From Patescibacteria group bacterium (lineage in GTDB: Bacteria > Patescibacteriota > JACPGU01): a DNA stretch of 40,237 nt. Below are positions 37,206-40,237 of the stretch, one piece after another; positions within the stretch are counted from its first letter, which is position 1; every line of letters begins with the position of its first letter. The position numbers and the translations under genes are program-made. The notes below the pieces were generated by a model. The model was not told where the DNA came from, ran no database searches, and saw nothing but the letters and a program-made list of their open reading frames with translations. The stretch covers positions 1-40,237 of the forward strand of contig JAKLDG010000002.1 of assembly GCA_022703645.1 (NCBI GenBank). The letters are read 5' to 3'.

Positions 37206-38108
37206 TTATTTATCTCCTATTGTCTTGCGCAATTTTATTAGTTGCGCTTCGACAACTTTATCAATAATTTTCATAGCTTCGGCATACTCAAGTTTCAACA
37301 CTTTTTCTGCGATTGTTTCTTTGGAGCGACCGTCAGTGCCTTTGCCGTCTTTCTCGTCATCGGCTTCCGTAGTTGCCTCTAACAATTTTTTTAACGGCGC
37401 GCTTGCACTGTCCATTGAATCAATACACGCTTGAATTAAATCACGATTCTTTTTTGATAGGACTTTCCCAGCTTTCTGCTCGATGTCTTTCTTGAAGTCC
37501 TCTAATTCTTGTTTGGTAAAAATTATTTTTTCTTCCTCTTCCTTTTTTTCTTCCTCTTTAATTTCTTTCTTTTCTTCGTCTATGATTTCTTTCCAATTAT
37601 TTACCGGTAATTCATTGGCTTTTTTATCCATTAAAAATCTTGATACTGTTTTACATTCTAATTTATCAATGCCTTTCATAAGTGCTTCCGCATAAGCTGG
37701 CACATTTACAAAGGACACTTCTAGCAATTCTTGTTTCAAAAAATCTACTCCTTTATCATTAAATTGCCATTCAAGAGGCATAAATCCAACAGAAAATGCT
37801 TGAATAAATCCTTGCTCGCATAATAGTTTTATCTCTTGACCAAATGGAGTAGGAGCAAATTCGCCTTTTAGCAATAACTCTTTTCCCTCTTGCCATACTT
37901 TCAATGCTCTGCCGACTGCTGGTTGATAATGGTCGTGCGCCCATAATAGCACAGGGTTTTTCTTATAATTCTTTAGCTCCCAACCCTCTGCGTTGATAGT
38001 ATCGCCATAGCGGTCAGTCTTAATACCGGAAACGACAGCCTCAAAAGTGCCGTCATCGCCAACGCTTTTTACACTTAATTCTCCAAGTCCATAAATCTTG
38101 TGTTTCAT
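37206..38108 (-). CDS. HK97-family prohead protease with E/K-rich C-terminal (scaffold-like) extension
   Basis: AVVSGIKTDRYGDTINAEGW...NPVLLWAHDHYQPAVGRAL...AFSVGFMP...EVSFVNVPAYAEA, then KEIKEEEKKEEEEK. The start is set at ATG 38108; the track start at 38132 is TTG. Confidence 0.85.
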   Translation of the reverse strand: MKHKIYGLGELSVKSVGDDGTFEAVVSGIKTDRYGDTINAEGWELKNYKKNPVLLWAHDHYQPAVGRALKVWQEGKELLLKGEFAPTPFGQEIKLLCEQGFIQAFSVGFMPLEWQFNDKGVDFLKQELLEVSFVNVPAYAEALMKGIDKLECKTVSRFLMDKKANELPVNNWKEIIDEEKKEIKEEEKKEEEEKIIFTKQELEDFKKDIEQKAGKVLSKKNRDLIQACIDSMDSASAPLKKLLEATTEADDEKDGKGTDGRSKETIAEKVLKLEYAEAMKIIDKVVEAQLIKLRKTIGDK

Positions 38109-38124
38109 ATTGTTATAATTATTA

Positions 38125-40237
38125 TTATTCAATTACTGGTAATATTGTGCAACGACAATTTATGATATTTTCGGGACTGCCGTTTGGGTCTCCCGGATAA
38201 TCTAATTCTTCATCGCCCACCTCAAATTTTTTATCAATATTGACGACTTGTCCGTCAGCGTGGCTATGTCCGTCTCTCGTTTTTTTGTCTTGTGTTGCCA
38301 ACCATTCCTTTTTTTTCACTACGCCGGATTGCTTATATCCAAATACTGTTCCTGCATTGTTAGCAGATAGCACCTCTGTTCTCGATATAGTTTTGCTACT
38401 GCTTAAAATTCTTAATCCATAAACCTCCTCAATTCTTTTTGCCAATTCGCCAATACTCTCTCCGTTTAATACGCCGTCTGCTAAGGTGTTTTTGATTTTC
38501 TTAATAGTCGTCTCATTTACTTCTTCTGCGAATTTCATTGCTTTTAATTCTATCCATTCGGCAGTTATCGGGTCGCTGATTTCAAAATCTTTTTTAATTG
38601 ATTTCTCTCCGACTTGTGCCAACGCTTCATTTCCAGCCTCCTCAACTATCTTTGTGAAAGTAGGCGTTGATTTCTTTATAAATATTTTAACCTCTTTTTT
38701 GAAATTAAGCAAATCCAATTCAGAACTTTTAACAGTCTTGCCAAGTTTTGATTTTTTCAAAGCCTCTAAGGCTCTCTCTTGTTGTTCTCGGAATAATGAA
38801 TTGACCATTGCCTTAAATTTTTTCTCCCAACCGATAATAGACTTGTCGAAAATATCCCAAGCTTTTTTTCTTTTATCTTCTTCCTCTTTTTTTACAGCAT
38901 TTTTACTAATTTGATTTTGAATTGATTTTGCTACTTCGATTGTTATTTTGGAAATTAAATCTTCTTTTAGTCTTAGCATTTTTCTTCCTCTAACTGCTTT
39001 GCGATAAATCTTTTTTAGTTGCTCCTCTTTTCTTCTTGTGTAAAATTCCTTAGCGGTTATGTTCCCTCCAATCTTAATAATAGCAAAACCTGATTTTGTA
39101 ATTTTCATAGCTTTATTCGTATCGTCATCGTCTTCGCCTGTGTCGTTCGTATTTTCAATACCCATAGGCATAAGGGATAGCGGTTGATAAATAAAATCTC
39201 CTCCCTCTATTGGGTCGTAGCCTTGCTCCATTCTTATTTCGTTGGTCGTCATCCATTTATTATGGGCTTTGATATAGTGGTCATCGAGGGAAGCTTTGTC
39301 GTCCGGTGTTGGGTCAATGTTCAATAAAAATAAATCGTCTCCATATTCTGTCACTAAAAATTGATTCAAGACATCGACGTGCTTTTCCATTTTTGGTCTA
39401 ATTGTTTCCGATAAGAAAGCATACACTCCAGCTTCTGCGTTGGCTCGGTTCACATCGTCAGTTATCGCCATAATTGCCTTGTTCACTCCGAGGGTCATTA
39501 AAACATCATCTCGGTTGGCAATTCTCATATTGGCAAAGTCCATATCTTTTTGAGAAACGCTCACTGCCTCATATTTCAATCCGTTTGTGAGAATAGAAAC
39601 TTTACCGGCATTATCTACACCACCATATTTCTCATTCCATTTTTCCAAAATTTCTTCCTTGTCCTCTTTGTTCATTGCTTTTTCACTTGTCAGCAAAGCG
39701 TCTGGTCTAGCAGAGTTGTAAAAAAATCTAGTATTCCATTTTTTAGCATAGACATCAGAACGGATAACTTCCATTACTGATTGCACTGCTCCATAACCGT
39801 AATAGTCTGAAAGTGGGTCAGGTTCTTTGAAATGTATCACATCTTCCGCCGGAAATTTTATCTCTTTTCCGTTTAAGCGAAATTTATAATAGCTAATCCC
39901 TCCGTCATTGGCTGGCACGATAGTAGTCAAGTCCGGTCTCATCAACCATAACTCAATTACTTGTTTGTTTGCTCCTCTAGCTTTATACCAATAGCATTGT
40001 CCTAGCAATGACAAATAAATCGAAGTTATTTCGATTAACTGGCTACCGCTCATTACTGGGTTTGGATTTTGAAGTAAGTCAAGAAGTTCGTGCTGTTCAA
40101 TTTCTCTTGCTTTCAATCCTCGTAATTGATAAAGTTCATATTCTATCGTGGACATTTTCTCCCCGATTTTCTTTGTGCAAGAGTGGACAAGTGAGCTTGC
40201 TCTGAATGATTGCAAATAATCTCTCGTGCTTGGTTCA
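38125..40237 (-). CDS. Portal protein (HK97 family) fused to a Mu F / SPP1 gp7-like head-morphogenesis domain; the 5' end continues at 78..163 across the junction
   Basis: The portal part reads LLDLLQNPNP...LLGQCYWYK...YYGYGAVQSV. The C-terminal ~250 aa end in TRDGHSHADGQVVNIDKKFEVGDEELDYPGDPNGSPENIINCRCTILPV, the MuF motif. An SD-preceded internal ATG at 40155 is an alternative start. Confidence 0.85.
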   Translation of the reverse strand, partial: EPSTRDYLQSFRASSLVHSCTKKIGEKMSTIEYELYQLRGLKAREIEQHELLDLLQNPNPVMSGSQLIEITSIYLSLLGQCYWYKARGANKQVIELWLMRPDLTTIVPANDGGISYYKFRLNGKEIKFPAEDVIHFKEPDPLSDYYGYGAVQSVMEVIRSDVYAKKWNTRFFYNSARPDALLTSEKAMNKEDKEEILEKWNEKYGGVDNAGKVSILTNGLKYEAVSVSQKDMDFANMRIANRDDVLMTLGVNKAIMAITDDVNRANAEAGVYAFLSETIRPKMEKHVDVLNQFLVTEYGDDLFLLNIDPTPDDKASLDDHYIKAHNKWMTTNEIRMEQGYDPIEGGDFIYQPLSLMPMGIENTNDTGEDDDDTNKAMKITKSGFAIIKIGGNITAKEFYTRRKEEQLKKIYRKAVRGRKMLRLKEDLISKITIEVAKSIQNQISKNAVKKEEEDKRKKAWDIFDKSIIGWEKKFKAMVNSLFREQQERALEALKKSKLGKTVKSSELDLLNFKKEVKIFIKKSTPTFTKIVEEAGNEALAQVGEKSIKKDFEISDPITAEWIELKAMKFAEEVNETTIKKIKNTLADGVLNGESIGELAKRIEEVYGLRILSSSKTISRTEVLSANNAGTVFGYKQSGVVKKKEWLATQDKKTRDGHSHADGQVVNIDKKFEVGDEELDYPGDPNGSPENIINCRCTILPVIE
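40161..40237. repeat. Terminal direct repeat, copy 2 (identical to 1..77)
   Basis: Same 77 nt as the window start. Confidence 0.95.

Noticed and set aside
40153-40155. The SD-preceded ATG (GGGGAGAAAATG) as the portal start
   Set aside because: It is kept as an alternative. The frame is open for 56 more codons upstream to ATG 163, and that segment looks like a conserved portal N-terminal region, so the longer form is preferred.
563-40205. All plus-strand ORFs in the track (for example 595..1122, 11634..12044, 15840..16229, 20227..20697, 24753..25088, 34184..34591, 38486..38914)
   Set aside because: Each lies entirely antisense to a longer minus-strand gene with recognisable motifs. Their products are low-complexity Leu/Phe/Ser/Ile-rich strings, typical of the reverse complement of A-rich coding sequence. 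None has a convincing start context.
40161-40237. The 77-bp terminal repeat as a genuine direct terminal repeat of the virion DNA
   Set aside because: It sits in the middle of the portal coding sequence, and its length equals a common assembler k-mer. An assembly overlap of a circular or permuted genome is more likely, though this cannot be settled without read-end data.

Overview
This window is a complete, circularly closed tailed-phage genome. Bases 1..77 are identical to 40161..40237, which gives a 40,160-bp unit. The sequence is AT-rich. Every credible gene (about 75) lies on the minus strand, tightly packed, with many ATGA start/stop overlaps. The plus-strand ORFs in the track look like antisense shadows. 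In the direction of transcription (descending coordinates, wrapping at the junction) the order is as follows. (1) A sigma70-like early promoter at ~17.83 kb. (2) Early genes: ArdC-N-like, DUF2958-like, a secreted 3D-domain protein and small acidic proteins. (3) A recombination module: Rad52-type annealase, PD-(D/E)XK exonuclease and a small SSB-like protein. (4) A winged-helix replication-initiator-like gene carrying internal 16-bp iterons. (5) Small Zn/nuclease-like genes. (6) A near-consensus promoter at ~8.07 kb. (7) A 7-deazaguanine DNA-modification cluster: QueD, QueE, FolE, HAD-like, QueC, GT-B-like, and DpdA-like with a long C-terminal extension. (8) TerL, then a portal-MuF fusion that spans the contig junction, prohead protease and an HK97-fold major capsid protein. 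(9) An unusual ~7-kb accessory cassette: a double GT2 glycosyltransferase, a small protein, an S/T/A/G-rich protein, a CBM/beta-helix protein and a protein made of 35 perfect-register 14-aa repeats. (10) Adaptor and neck genes, major tail protein, G/GT chaperone with a -1 frameshift, tape measure, Dit, Tal and a tail-collar fibre. (11) A lysis cassette (small TM proteins, holin, GC-rich Cys-rich genes, papain-like endolysin candidate) ending at a weak terminator at ~17.97 kb. I recognised no tRNA, rRNA, CRISPR array, integrase, DNA polymerase, helicase, primase or separate small terminase. The most interesting items are these: the deazaguanine cluster with embedded GT-B-like/HAD-like genes and a DpdA with a terS-position extension; two inverted iteron/AT-repeat loci; a terminator/pseudoknot-like leader in front of the initiator gene; and the head-module accessory cassette. 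All family assignments rest on motif recognition by eye. No searches were run.
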